A DNA stretch of 64,000 nucleotides from positions 131,074 to 195,073 of the forward strand of contig JAPPIG010000064.1 of assembly GCA_028820635.1 (NCBI GenBank), in the 5' to 3' direction. The position numbers and the translations under genes were made by a program. Origin of the DNA: Candidatus Poribacteria bacterium. GTDB taxonomy: Bacteria; Poribacteria; WGA-4E; WGA-3G. The notes beneath the pieces were generated by a model. The model was given only the letters and a program-made list of their open reading frames with translations. It ran no database searches and was not told where the DNA came from. Below, piece by piece: positions 1-10,536 of this stretch (position 1 is the stretch's first letter; each line of letters starts with the position of its first letter).

Positions 1-189
1 ACCTACAAGATGCCATTAAAATTGCTGGGGAACTCGGCAACATTGAAGGCACTCCCAAAATCGTCCGTAAGCAAAGAAAGTCATCTTTACTTGAACAACT
101 CCTCGGTATAAAACATAATCCTCAATTTGACGACATTCTTAACTTCCCCGGTGTTACATTTCGATATGAACTTAGCCTTGGAAATTAGA
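1..189 (+). CDS. 3' end of an upstream gene (partial, ...LGN*). Hypothetical protein.
   Basis: Open frame from base 1 to TAG at 187-189. No recognisable motif in the 62 aa visible. Confidence 0.35.
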
Positions 190-200
190 GGCTACCCGTC

Positions 201-1355
201 ATGAACCACAAATATCGAATTAATCCTGATTGGAAACGGCTTGCAAGTCGTATTGTGATGCCGAACCAACGTGTACTCGTCCTCGGTCCATCAGATGCCG
301 GAAAATCAACATTTTGTCGTTATCTGACTGATTATGCTTGTAAAGCGTCGTTGAAAGTTGCATTTGTTGACGCTGATGTAGGACAATCTCAAATCGGTCC
401 TCCTACCACCATCGGCATGAAACTCTTTGCACCACCACCAGACGGTACTGAACTGCATTTACCGTTCGGTGGTCACGAAAATGGCACTACTAACCAAGAA
501 AACTCTGATACGAAATCCGAACAAAATACAACAAAAAAGAAAAACCGAAGTGATGAATTATATCACAAAGCAGATGTTCTCTATTTTGTCGGAGCACTAT
601 CACCACAACGTAATCTACTTCCAATTTTAACTGGAACCAGATTAATGGTTGATGCTGGGCTGAATGCCGGTGCAGATTTCACTGTTATTGATACAACAGG
701 ATATGTTCATGACGGAGCGGCCGTGGCGTTAAAGCAGCAAAAAATTGATCTCATTCGTCCACATCATTTGGTTTGTATTGGGCGTTCTAAGGACTTGGAA
801 AGGATTGTTGCTTGTTATAACGACTTAAATTTTCTCACAATCCACTATCTACCCCCACATAAGTTGGTAAGCACAAAAAGCAGTGAAGCACGTAAGAGAA
901 ATCGAAAAGCGAAATTTGAAGCATATTTCGCAGATAGTGAACGCCAAACAGTTCCATTTGGACAAATTCGAGGCGCACGTACCTCATTTTTCAATGGCAG
1001 AATCGCAAATCAGAAGGAAATAGAAATACTCACCCGACTAACCGAAGAAGAGATAATATATGCCGAGTGGGGACATCGCTCCGTAAGCCTAATTGCGCGA
1101 AGAAACCTACCACAATCTGCCACTAAAAGTCTGAAAAACTATCTGAGTTTATCATTTGTTGTCGCGGAAACACTTGCTTACTTTGAACAACGCCTTGTGG
1201 GAATGGTTGATGAAGCAGGCAACACTATAGCAATCGGTATTATTGAAAAGATGAACTTCCAAAATCAAAACCTGAATATCCGTTGTGAACCAAGCATTGC
1301 TGCAAAAATCAAGGTCCTTCAATTTGGAAATTATAGGTATACCGAGAAACAGTGA
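201..1355 (+). CDS. Clp1/Grc3-family polynucleotide 5'-hydroxyl kinase-like P-loop protein
   Basis: Walker A LGPSDAGKST followed by VDADVGQSQIGPPTT (the Clp1 DxDxGQ-type motif). A low-complexity N/T/K-rich insertion follows. ATG at 201. Confidence 0.55.
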   Translation: MNHKYRINPDWKRLASRIVMPNQRVLVLGPSDAGKSTFCRYLTDYACKASLKVAFVDADVGQSQIGPPTTIGMKLFAPPPDGTELHLPFGGHENGTTNQENSDTKSEQNTTKKKNRSDELYHKADVLYFVGALSPQRNLLPILTGTRLMVDAGLNAGADFTVIDTTGYVHDGAAVALKQQKIDLIRPHHLVCIGRSKDLERIVACYNDLNFLTIHYLPPHKLVSTKSSEARKRNRKAKFEAYFADSERQTVPFGQIRGARTSFFNGRIANQKEIEILTRLTEEEIIYAEWGHRSVSLIARRNLPQSATKSLKNYLSLSFVVAETLAYFEQRLVGMVDEAGNTIAIGIIEKMNFQNQNLNIRCEPSIAAKIKVLQFGNYRYTEKQ

Positions 1356-1394
1356 GAAAATTTCTTAATAATTGTCTCAGAACAGAATATAAAC

Positions 1395-3254
1395 ATGAAG
1401 TTTAAGTCTTCTGGTCAAGGGACTGACTCCTTGCAACAAAAAAAACTCCTTTTCCGGTTTCTACGTTATCTTACTCCATACAAAGGTTCTATTATATTGG
1501 CGATGGTTTGTGCTTTAGTCGTTTCTATTTGCGATCTCGGACCGATTCAGATTTTAGCAGATACGCTAAATTCACTAAAACTATTAGAAGACTTTAGTCA
1601 ATCTCCCCAACCTCGTACTATCCGTTTTTTTTATATAGAGAACATTTTTGAAGGTTATGAAATTACATTAACAGATGCGGGGGATGCCATCCGTTTCTTT
1701 TTTTGGATTTTTATAGGGGCAGTCAGTCTTGTTTTTGTAAAGGGATTTTTTGTTTTTGGTAACGATTTTCTGATGGAACGTGTCGGAAATAAATTTAGCT
1801 TCCGCGTTCGAAATGACCTATATAAAAAAATTGTTTCTGCTCCTTTAGGTATCCTCTCAGAAAATCAAAGTGGCGACGTAATGACAAAAGCCACTGATGA
1901 CGTGCGAATGTTACAGCAGGCAGTCGCCGCAACCGCATCAATAATGCATGCTATTATCAAAGTTACCATTTTTCTTTCTTTCATGTTTTACAAAAATATC
2001 CAAATGACAATCTTCTCCATGTTAGTTCTTCCAATGATTGCGTATTTTATCTTACGCATAGGCACACGTGTCCGCAAAGCAAGCATGGAAATTCAACAAA
2101 GTAGCTCAGACATCTATTCACAACTTAAGGAAACGCTTGCTGGAATCAACATTATAAAAAGTTTTACCGCCGAAAAAACTGAAATGGAGAGGTTTCAAAC
2201 GGTTACATCAAGCCAATATGACTCGGCAATTCGTCGCGCAAAATTTGCATCCCTCCTTCCTCCACTTATTGAATGGATGGCAGCTATCGGAATTACAACT
2301 GTTTTAGGACTTGGTTGTTGGAACGTCATAGAAGGGAGTCTGGATATAGGCTGGTTTGTAGGTTATATTGCAATAGTCGGACTGATGTATAAACCGATTA
2401 AGACGATAGGTAGTGTCAATAATGTCTTACAACAAAGTCTTGCTTCTGCAGAACGTATTTTCCCACTGCTTGATTTTGAAAGAGAGGCTGGTAGTGAATC
2501 AGATGGAAAACGTGTACTTCCCAACGTTAGAGGAACTGTCCAATTTCAAAACGTATCGTTTGCGTATCAACAACGCCCTGTAATAAAAAATGTCAGTTTT
2601 ACGGCGGAGCCAGGGGAGATTATCGCACTTGTCGGTCCAAGCGGCAGCGGGAAGACAACACTACTCAACCTACTGCTACGATTCTATACAGTTGATAGCG
2701 GTGCGATTCTAATTGATGACTTTCCCGTTGATGAGGTCACGCTGACATCATTAAGGCAAAATATTGCCCTTGTTCCACAGGGTACGTTTCTATTTGATGG
2801 CACTGTTTTAGAAAATATCGGATACGGTTCGCCAGGAGCAACAAGAGACTCAATCATTGTGGCAGCAGAAAAAGCCAACGCTCACGGTTTTATATCTGAA
2901 ATGCCTAACAGCTACGACACACCAATAGGAGAGGCAGGTGGTAACCTCTCAGGCGGAGAACAGCAACGTATTTCTATTGCACGCGCTATTTTAAAAGATG
3001 CTCCAATTCTCATCTTAGATGAAGCAACTTCAGCTCTTGACACACAATCAGAAGCAATTATCCAAAAATCGCTGACAAATCTTATGGAGGGTAGAACCAG
3101 CTTTATTATTGCACATCGACTTTCAACAGTAATGCGTGCTGACAATATTTTGGTTATTGACGATGGTGAAATCGTGGAAAGCGGAAACCACACGAAATTA
3201 TTAGAAAAAGACGGTCTTTATAATAAACTGTGTCAACAGCAGATTTTCGGATAA
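1395..3254 (+). CDS. ABC transporter permease/ATP-binding protein (MsbA-like exporter)
   Basis: N-terminal 6-TM domain; Walker A GPSGSGKTT; ABC signature LSGGEQQRISIARAIL; Walker B ILILDEATSALD. Confidence 0.88.
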   Translation: MKFKSSGQGTDSLQQKKLLFRFLRYLTPYKGSIILAMVCALVVSICDLGPIQILADTLNSLKLLEDFSQSPQPRTIRFFYIENIFEGYEITLTDAGDAIRFFFWIFIGAVSLVFVKGFFVFGNDFLMERVGNKFSFRVRNDLYKKIVSAPLGILSENQSGDVMTKATDDVRMLQQAVAATASIMHAIIKVTIFLSFMFYKNIQMTIFSMLVLPMIAYFILRIGTRVRKASMEIQQSSSDIYSQLKETLAGINIIKSFTAEKTEMERFQTVTSSQYDSAIRRAKFASLLPPLIEWMAAIGITTVLGLGCWNVIEGSLDIGWFVGYIAIVGLMYKPIKTIGSVNNVLQQSLASAERIFPLLDFEREAGSESDGKRVLPNVRGTVQFQNVSFAYQQRPVIKNVSFTAEPGEIIALVGPSGSGKTTLLNLLLRFYTVDSGAILIDDFPVDEVTLTSLRQNIALVPQGTFLFDGTVLENIGYGSPGATRDSIIVAAEKANAHGFISEMPNSYDTPIGEAGGNLSGGEQQRISIARAILKDAPILILDEATSALDTQSEAIIQKSLTNLMEGRTSFIIAHRLSTVMRADNILVIDDGEIVESGNHTKLLEKDGLYNKLCQQQIFG

Positions 3255-3436
3255 TCCTGACGAATAGGGGCTGTAACGCATAACGCCCGATATAGTTTAG
3301 TGTCCTATATAAAAACGCCAAAAAATCACACATTTGTAAACTAATTAGATTTAAACACGTCTCAATACTATGTAGGTTAAATTAACGTTTCAACAATATT
3401 ATATCATTTTCATTCTTTTTATAGTATAACTACATA

Positions 3437-3766
3437 TTCTGTGGGTGTGTAAAGTTTTTGTCACTGATTATTTTTAGATTTTAACTTGACAAATCAATAT
3501 ATTTGTGTTAATATTATTTTCACATAGTTAAATAGTGTTCTCAATATACTCAAAATTCTACAGAAAAAAGAGAAGAAAAAACAAAAAAACTCAAAATCCA
3601 CGTCACAATCCTTGTCCTGATTGAATTCTGCACGTCACAGTGACGTGCAAAACGCCTAAATGTGACGTGAAACGTCTTAATTCAATGTATAGATCGGGGT
3701 GGACGCAGCGAAACTCAAGCGACAATATGCTTTGTACGAAAACTTTACACCCATATTCTGAAAAGA
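3437..3766. mobile_element. MITE-like non-coding element with ~20-bp imperfect terminal inverted repeats (TGGGTGTGTAAAGTTTTT / CGAAAACTTTACACCCATA)
   Basis: The inverted repeats sit ~310 bp apart. The interior is AT-rich and contains TTGACA-17-TAATAT and a perfect 9-bp/1-nt-loop palindrome GCACGTCACaGTGACGTGC (3630-3648), plus GACGTgaaACGTC. A 25-nt identical copy of the left end occurs at ~52936-52960. Confidence 0.4.
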
Positions 3767-3772
3767 GTTTTT

Positions 3773-3816
3773 CATACCAAAAAAATATAAGCCCTGATCA
3801 GGAAGGATCAGGGCTG
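3773..3816 (-). terminator. Rho-independent terminator for the pentapeptide-repeat gene
   Basis: AGCCCTGATC-aggaag-GATCAGGGCT stem, followed on the minus strand by TATATTTTTTTGG. Confidence 0.55.
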
Positions 3817-3913
3817 TTGTGAACAACTTTGGTTGTAAACGTGTTCCAAAGTTAATTGAATTGTAACAATATCAACGCAGAATCGCTATGGCGTGAAAAC
3901 AACGAATAAAACC

Positions 3914-4525
3914 TTAATTTCGTCCTTGTTTGGTGATAGCGCCCTCCAGGTCGGATTCACGGTAGATCGCTTCAGATAAATCTACCTCGTAAAGATATGC
4001 ACCTTTGAAATTTGCGCCGAGTAAAACGATACCGTCTAATTTAATTTCACCAAAAATTGCTTCTTCCAGATTGGCATTTTCAAAAGTGGTAAGGTTGCCA
4101 AAGGGAGCAATAGGAACACATTGAGGACATCCAAGTGTTGCTCGTCGTAAATCGGCACCGCGAAAATTAGTGCCAGAGAGGAGGCTTCCACTCAGAAACG
4201 CTCCAAACAAGTTAGCATTTTCCAGCGTTGCTTCTGTTAGATTTGCCCCAACCAAATAGGTGCGCAATAGAATTGCACCGGATAGGTCTGCTCCAGTTAG
4301 ATTGGCATCGTTTAGATTGGCATCAGTTAAATCAGCGTCTTTTAAATTTGCACCACTTAAATTTGCAGCTGAGAAATCAGCACCGACAAGTGATTGATTT
4401 GCTAAGTCTACATTGGTTAGGTCTTCGTTAGCTAAAGATTCACCTTCTAATAAACGTTGAACTACATCTTTTTGCGGTTTTTCATGCATAAATTGCCTCC
4501 ATTTATTCGTTTTTTTAATAGACAT
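3914..4525 (-). CDS. pentapeptide-repeat protein
   Basis: Long run of A(D/N)LxG pentapeptide repeats (ANLSGANLKDADLTDANLNDANLTGADLSGA...). Confidence 0.85.
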   Translation of the reverse strand: MSIKKTNKWRQFMHEKPQKDVVQRLLEGESLANEDLTNVDLANQSLVGADFSAANLSGANLKDADLTDANLNDANLTGADLSGAILLRTYLVGANLTEATLENANLFGAFLSGSLLSGTNFRGADLRRATLGCPQCVPIAPFGNLTTFENANLEEAIFGEIKLDGIVLLGANFKGAYLYEVDLSEAIYRESDLEGAITKQGRN

Positions 4526-4733
4526 CTCAGATAATAAACATCATCAAAACTTTTGTAACAAACATTAATGTTAGCCGTTTTTTAACACAAATTGAAATTT
4601 TAAGATTTATTGAATTGATTTGACGGCGAAATACCCTATCAGCGATCATCCGTTTGAAACGCTTGGAACATAAACGTTCAATTAGTATATATCCAAAGCA
4701 AAAAACTCTGCATTGACATAAGGAAAAACTAAA

Positions 4734-6410
4734 ATGAAAAACTTTTACCCGGCTGATTCAGTTGATTATGATCTGTTTCCTGCTGAGGAGAAAAAAGAGG
4801 AGAACACTACTCCGGTAAAGGATGAGACCTTCGCTTATCTCCAGACTATCGCGAAAACCCCGTTATTGGAAGCGGATCAAGAAAAAGCACTTTTTGAGAC
4901 ATACCAAGAAGGCATACAGATTTTTGCGTCAAACTTCAAAAAATTTCCTAAGTGGGTAATAAACACGTTAGAAATTCCAATTAAAACCCGCAGTATTTCT
5001 AATCAAAATTTAAAACCAGCTCAAAAAGATCATAAACTAATTATAGATCAAATTTCGACATACATTTTACCAATAGAAGACATACTGCAAAAACTGGAAA
5101 AGCAACAAAAAAAGTTAGAAAATGTAAAGTCGAAAATTCTTCGGGGTAATCTGCACCTCCTCAAAAAATATGTAAATGATCCAGAATACGCTGCAGCTGT
5201 GTCTCCAGAATTAATGCAGGTAGGATACCTTGCTCTTACTAAAGCAATAGAAAGTTGGACACCTGAACGTGGGCAAAAGTTCCGAGCATACGCACGAGGC
5301 GTAATCCGCACCAGCATTGAAACAGCTCGCAGAACTCCTGATAAATTTGGGTTGTCAACCACAGAACAAGAACAAACCCCATTTTCTCATAATATGGAAC
5401 ATAATCCTCTTATTGAAGCAATGCCGCTTGATAAGGAAGAAGAGATACGTTTGCTTGAAATTTTTGCGGTGACACAATATGAAATAGTGCAACTTTTGGA
5501 TAAACTTCCCCCAGATTTGTTAGATGAAATTGCATATACAAAGATCGGGCAAATTTTAGAAGTTCAGTGGACTGTAAACACTCTAAATCCACTTTTAGAA
5601 ACGCTTCAAACTGAATTAGAACATCTCAAATCTCTCTTGATGAAACTTATAGAAGCAGATAAACTTGCCCACGACACCAAAATGAAAATTGTTGAAGCAA
5701 ACCTACGATTAGTCGCAAGTATTGCAAAACAGCATCACTTTAATAAAACGGCTTTGACCTTCCTTGATCTCATGCAGGAAGGAAGCATCGGACTCATGAA
5801 GGCGGTTGAGAAATTTGACCACACACTCCGATACCGCTTCAGCACGTATGCCACGTGGTGGATAATGCAATCAATTAAACGCGCATTAGACCAGCAAGGA
5901 CAGATCATTCGTGTTCCGTGTTACATCGGTGAAACCCGTAGATTAATCAAACAGGTGCAATCTAATCTTACCGCCACACTGGGGCGTGAACCCTCAATTA
6001 AAGAGGTCGCACGAGAGGTAAAACTCTCTGAGAAAAAGGTTGATGAAATCCTGCAAGCAACGAAAGACCCTATTTCGTTGGATGCACCGATTAGTGAAAC
6101 AGCACCAGAAGTGCCAATTCGGGATATAATTCCAGATGATTCTCAAATCACACCTGAAACAGAATTGGTTAACTTCTCTAAAATTGAAGCATTAGAAGAA
6201 GTCCTTAACAGAACACTCAACCCACGTGAAACCCACGTCATTGTCCTGCGCTACGGGTTAATTGATGGCACGGAATACACACTTGCTGATATCGGCACAA
6301 AACTTGAAATCAGCCGTGAACGAGTCCGACAGATCGAAGTTGAGGCTCTCAATAAACTCAGACGACACGAACCGAAAGAGTTATTAAAGGAACTGTTTCA
6401 AAAATATTAG
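4734..6410 (+). CDS. rpoD: RNA polymerase primary sigma factor (sigma-70, RpoD)
   Basis: Region 2 DLMQEGSIGLMKAVEKFD...YRFSTYATWWI; region 4 TLADIGTKLEISRERVRQIEVEALNKLR. Long N-terminal region 1; AAGGA RBS. Confidence 0.9.
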   Translation: MKNFYPADSVDYDLFPAEEKKEENTTPVKDETFAYLQTIAKTPLLEADQEKALFETYQEGIQIFASNFKKFPKWVINTLEIPIKTRSISNQNLKPAQKDHKLIIDQISTYILPIEDILQKLEKQQKKLENVKSKILRGNLHLLKKYVNDPEYAAAVSPELMQVGYLALTKAIESWTPERGQKFRAYARGVIRTSIETARRTPDKFGLSTTEQEQTPFSHNMEHNPLIEAMPLDKEEEIRLLEIFAVTQYEIVQLLDKLPPDLLDEIAYTKIGQILEVQWTVNTLNPLLETLQTELEHLKSLLMKLIEADKLAHDTKMKIVEANLRLVASIAKQHHFNKTALTFLDLMQEGSIGLMKAVEKFDHTLRYRFSTYATWWIMQSIKRALDQQGQIIRVPCYIGETRRLIKQVQSNLTATLGREPSIKEVAREVKLSEKKVDEILQATKDPISLDAPISETAPEVPIRDIIPDDSQITPETELVNFSKIEALEEVLNRTLNPRETHVIVLRYGLIDGTEYTLADIGTKLEISRERVRQIEVEALNKLRRHEPKELLKELFQKY

Positions 6411-6469
6411 GATTTTGTCCCGTCATTGATATTTTATAGTGGATTTTACAATTAACTTTACATCTGAAC

Positions 6470-6570
6470 TGTAGGAGGGAACTCCGATTCCCGACTATCA
6501 GTGAGGTGCGTCGCGATTCGGAGATCGCTCCCGCTGAATGCCAAAAGCGCATTCAGCGTTGATTCACAGA
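6470..6570. repeat. REP-like palindromic repeat element (GTAGGAG..GTCGCGATTCGGAGATCGCTCC plus GAATGC-caaaa-GCGCATTC palindrome)
   Basis: Same family as the elements at 19040-19230, 23295-23330, 32178-32250, 35736-35768 and 46339-46410. Confidence 0.6.
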
Positions 6571-6716
6571 AGATATGTGAATTTATTTACATAATTTACT
6601 ATAAAAGACAAACAAATAACTATCAATTGTAAGTATGTTGCAGGACTTTAGCAAGTTCTGCAACAACCAATTGACACATCACCTCAATCCAACCGCTCAA
6701 CTAAAGGAATCCCCGA

Positions 6717-7943
6717 TTGAAAATCATATACTTTGACTGTTTCTCTGGTATTAGTGGTGATATGGTTCTCGGTGCTGTTGTTGATGCAGGAGTTGATCCA
6801 GATGTCCTGTCAAACGAACTCGCGAAACTAAAATTAGAAACCGAATTCAATCTCCATTTCCAGAAAGCAACAAAACACGGTATCACCGGAACGCAAGCAG
6901 TAGTTGAGACTCCTGAAAATTCACACGGAGGACATCACCATAAACATGACCACGGTCCCAGTAGACACCTATCTGAGATTTTTGATCTGCTTGATACAAG
7001 TGACCTCAAAACGAGCATCCGTGATACTGCTAAACAGATATTTGACAGACTTGCTGAAGCCGAAGCGAAAGTACACGACACTGACAAAGCCAAAGTACAT
7101 TTACACGAGGTCAGTGGGATTGACTCTATCGTGGACATCGTTGGTGCTGTCATCGGTTTCGAACAACTCGGTGCTGAAGAGATTTACGCTTCGCCTCTCT
7201 CACTTGGTCGCGGTTTTGTTAAATGTGCCCACGGTATGATGCCTGTACCTGTGCCGGGCACGATGGAACTTTTACACGGAGTTCCAATCCGTCAAACCGA
7301 AATTCCCAAAGAATTAGTTACGCCTACGGGTGCTGCCATCATCACCACACTTGCCAAAGATTTTGGCGTTATGCCCAATATGAGCATCAATCAAATTGGA
7401 TACGGTGCTGGCACCAGAGACCTTGATATGCAGCCAAATCTCCTTCGCATCTGTATCGGTGAAAAATCTCCTTCAAACAACATTAAACATAGACACGACC
7501 CTGCCCTCGGTTTTAGTGACAGCATAGAAATCATTGAAACGAATGTAGATGACATGTCCCCAGAAATTTCCGGCTATGTGATGGACAAGCTTTTGGAACA
7601 CGGTGCTTTAGATGTATTCTTCGTCCCTATTCTTATGAAGAAAGGCAGAGCTGCCATAAAGATAAATGTCCTTTGTTCATCCAGCACAAGAGACCTATTG
7701 ATAAAAACACTTCTAACAGAAACAACAACCTTCGGTGTTCGATTCTACACTGCTGACCGTGTTATCCTTAATCGTGATTATGTGGAAATCAATACCGAAT
7801 GGGGTCCCGTTCGCGCTAAACGCGGTTACTTAAACGGTGATCTAATCAAAACAATTCCAGAGTATGAGGATTGTAAATCTCTTGCCGAACAAAACAGTAT
7901 TTCTCTCCAATCTGTCTTTCAAGAGGCACTTCGTAAGATTTAA
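6717..7943 (+). CDS. larC: LarC family nickel-pincer cofactor biosynthesis / nickel insertion protein (DUF111)
   Basis: N-terminus (M)KIIYFDCFSGISGDMVLGAVVDAGVD is the LarC hallmark. His-rich HGGHHHKHDH segment. TTG start. Confidence 0.75.
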   Translation: MKIIYFDCFSGISGDMVLGAVVDAGVDPDVLSNELAKLKLETEFNLHFQKATKHGITGTQAVVETPENSHGGHHHKHDHGPSRHLSEIFDLLDTSDLKTSIRDTAKQIFDRLAEAEAKVHDTDKAKVHLHEVSGIDSIVDIVGAVIGFEQLGAEEIYASPLSLGRGFVKCAHGMMPVPVPGTMELLHGVPIRQTEIPKELVTPTGAAIITTLAKDFGVMPNMSINQIGYGAGTRDLDMQPNLLRICIGEKSPSNNIKHRHDPALGFSDSIEIIETNVDDMSPEISGYVMDKLLEHGALDVFFVPILMKKGRAAIKINVLCSSSTRDLLIKTLLTETTTFGVRFYTADRVILNRDYVEINTEWGPVRAKRGYLNGDLIKTIPEYEDCKSLAEQNSISLQSVFQEALRKI

Positions 7944-8007
7944 ACCCATGCAGGCGAGTCAATATAATCCGTCCGTGAATAGAGGAAAATAAAGTCCACG
8001 CAAAAGG

Positions 8008-9792
8008 TTACATCATAGCATTTGTGGCGCAGTTATCGCATTTCTCACACCGATAATCCTCTGACACCTCCTCTCCGAAATAATCACGGATAAATTTCAT
8101 TCTACACTCATCAGCCGCCGCATAGCGAACCATTCTGTCAATTCTGCTTCGTTTATATTTTACATAGTCTCCCAATCCCATCTGTTCTTCAGAGAGAGAT
8201 GACAAAAGTTCACTATCCTTTAGCAATTCAATCAGCATTAGGTCATCTTTACCCCAATACAGAAGGTGTCCCTCACTTTGAAGTTCTGCAAGCTGCTCCA
8301 TAACCGACTTTGGACTCAGTTCAAGGTCTTGACAAAAGCTTAAAATATCTGTTACTCGCCGTTGACGCAGATGTGTATAAAGTTCAGACTGGACAGGTGA
8401 ATCGTCTGTAGGTCTTGTCCTCAAGCGGATAGAGATTTGAGACGGAACGTTATGCCATCTCTTAAGAAAACCAAGTTTTTCCAGATAGGCAAGCCCAACT
8501 TGTATTTTTGCTGTCTTATAGCCAACCTCTAACTCCAATTCATCCATCGCTGCTAAACGATATTGCCCTGTTCCTTTATAGTTTTCAAGTGTTCGTAGCA
8601 GTTTTAAGAGTGAAGTTCTGTCGGGTGCACTCTCCTTGATGAACCATTCGTGTAACTCGCGGTCTTCATGAAAAGAAAATAAAAGACAATCTGAATCTTT
8701 TTCATCTCTGCCAGCGCGTCCAATTTCTTGACAGTATTCCTCCAAGGTGCCGGTCATTGTCCAATGAATGATAAACCGAATATTCGCTTTATCAATACCC
8801 ATTCCAAAAGCATTCGTAGCAACAACAATGTCTAATCCATTTCCGCTGTCATCAAAAAACGCTTCTTGTATCTGTTTGCGTTCGTGCAGTTCACGCCCCG
8901 CATGATAATAATCAACTCGGTATCCTCGCTCTTTGAGAAACTCGGCAATTTCTTCTGTGTCATTTCTCCGCCCAGCATAGATAATACCATTCCCTTCAAG
9001 TGAACTTATACTTTTTTCCAGCAGCGATTTTTTCTCTTCTTCGTCTTCGCTTTTGTAAACAGCAAGCCTCAGGTTAGGTCGTTCAATCCCCTGCACAAGC
9101 ACCCGTGGTTCTGGGATCTTCAGAATTTCCAGAATATCTTCTCGGATGTCTGGCGGTGCAGTTGCTGTGAACAAGGCGATTGCCCGCGGATAAAGCGTGT
9201 CAATAGCGTCACAGATTGAAAGATAAGCAGGACGAAAATCGTGCCCCCACTGTGAAATACAGTGCGCCTCATCAATGACGAATAGAGAGATAAGCACAGA
9301 ATTAAGAATATCTAAAAACCTACGGCTGCGTAGGCGTTCAGGAGAAATATATAGCAGTTTTATTTTGTTTTGTTTTAATCTATTTATTTCAAGGCGATAC
9401 TCTTCCCAACTGAGTGTGCTATTTATAAGCGATACAGACTTTATTCCCCGCGCCTTTAGCGCATCTACTTGGTCTTTCATTAACGATATGAGAGGTGAAA
9501 CAACAACTGTTGTTCCCGGTAACATTAATGCAGGTAACTGATAACACAAAGATTTTCCGTGTCCAGTTGGGAATACTGCAAAAACATTCTCCTCATTCAA
9601 AATCGCATCAATAATATCCCGTTGCCCATGCCGAAAAGCATCGTATTGAAAATATTGATGCAATGCTTTTAAAAGTTTGTCATCTTGTTCTGCTGGCTGT
9701 GCTAAAGGCGGTTGTGTATGCAAATCATCAGATGAATTGAGCAGATCATCAACCTCTTTTAATAAATTCTGCAAATTTCCCATAGGCTTCAA
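8008..9792 (-). CDS. recQ: ATP-dependent DNA helicase RecQ
   Basis: FRHGQRDIIDAIL, PTGHGKSLCYQLPAL, DEAHCISQWGHDFRPAY, a C-terminal zinc-binding CxxC cluster and a winged-helix region. Confidence 0.9.
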   Translation of the reverse strand: MKPMGNLQNLLKEVDDLLNSSDDLHTQPPLAQPAEQDDKLLKALHQYFQYDAFRHGQRDIIDAILNEENVFAVFPTGHGKSLCYQLPALMLPGTTVVVSPLISLMKDQVDALKARGIKSVSLINSTLSWEEYRLEINRLKQNKIKLLYISPERLRSRRFLDILNSVLISLFVIDEAHCISQWGHDFRPAYLSICDAIDTLYPRAIALFTATAPPDIREDILEILKIPEPRVLVQGIERPNLRLAVYKSEDEEEKKSLLEKSISSLEGNGIIYAGRRNDTEEIAEFLKERGYRVDYYHAGRELHERKQIQEAFFDDSGNGLDIVVATNAFGMGIDKANIRFIIHWTMTGTLEEYCQEIGRAGRDEKDSDCLLFSFHEDRELHEWFIKESAPDRTSLLKLLRTLENYKGTGQYRLAAMDELELEVGYKTAKIQVGLAYLEKLGFLKRWHNVPSQISIRLRTRPTDDSPVQSELYTHLRQRRVTDILSFCQDLELSPKSVMEQLAELQSEGHLLYWGKDDLMLIELLKDSELLSSLSEEQMGLGDYVKYKRSRIDRMVRYAAADECRMKFIRDYFGEEVSEDYRCEKCDNCATNAMM

Positions 9793-9837
9793 CCTTTAGC
9801 ACGGTCTGTAAATTAATGCTCCTTGTATATGATGGAA

Positions 9838-10536
9838 TTAAGAGAAAAAACGAAACCTGAGAATATGAAAAATCGCAGCAACACCATCTTTCCAACTCAC
9901 AGTCTTCCCTTCATGATAGTCTCTACCGCGATAACTAATTGGGACATCAACGATTTTACACTTCCGTTTCGCTAATTTCGCAGTAATCTCTGGTTCAAAA
10001 CCAAATCTATCTGAACACAGCGATATATCTTTCAAAATATCAGTTTTAATGACTTTATAACAGGTTTCCATGTCTGTTAATTTTGTGCCATTTACAAGGT
10101 TTGAAAGAGATGTAAGAAATCGGTTCGCAAGGTAACTCCGCAACAAACCTTCTTGTCGTCCCGCCATAAATCGCGACCCATATACAACATCAGCGTTGTT
10201 TGTTAAAATAGGTTCAAGCAATTTCGGGTAATCTTGTGGGTCGTATTCTAAATCCGCATCCTGTATGAGGGTAATCTCTCCTGTAATATGTTGAAAACCG
10301 GTTCGCAAAGTTGCACCTTTGCCACGATTTATTTCATGGTAAAATATTTTAGCGGTATTTTCAGATGAATTTTGGAGGTTTTCTAATATTTCGCGCGTCC
10401 CATCTGTTGAACAATCATCAACCAGAATAAGTTCTTTTTCCATTCCGATTTCAACCGCATCTATCTGTCGTAAAATTTCTTCTAAATGCTCAGCTTCATT
10501 GAAAATCGGAATCACAATGGATAGTTTTTGCGCCAT
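9838..10536 (-). CDS. family 2 glycosyltransferase (polyprenol-phosphate sugar transferase-like)
   Basis: LSIVIPIFNEAEHL...LVDDCSTDGT...DADLEYDP GT2 motifs. Confidence 0.8.
   Translation of the reverse strand: MAQKLSIVIPIFNEAEHLEEILRQIDAVEIGMEKELILVDDCSTDGTREILENLQNSSENTAKIFYHEINRGKGATLRTGFQHITGEITLIQDADLEYDPQDYPKLLEPILTNNADVVYGSRFMAGRQEGLLRSYLANRFLTSLSNLVNGTKLTDMETCYKVIKTDILKDISLCSDRFGFEPEITAKLAKRKCKIVDVPISYRGRDYHEGKTVSWKDGVAAIFHILRFRFFS

Noticed and set aside
3640-3822. 60-aa ORF in the 3255-3913 intergenic region
   Set aside because: It lies inside the MITE-like element and terminator, has no RBS, and has an odd composition.
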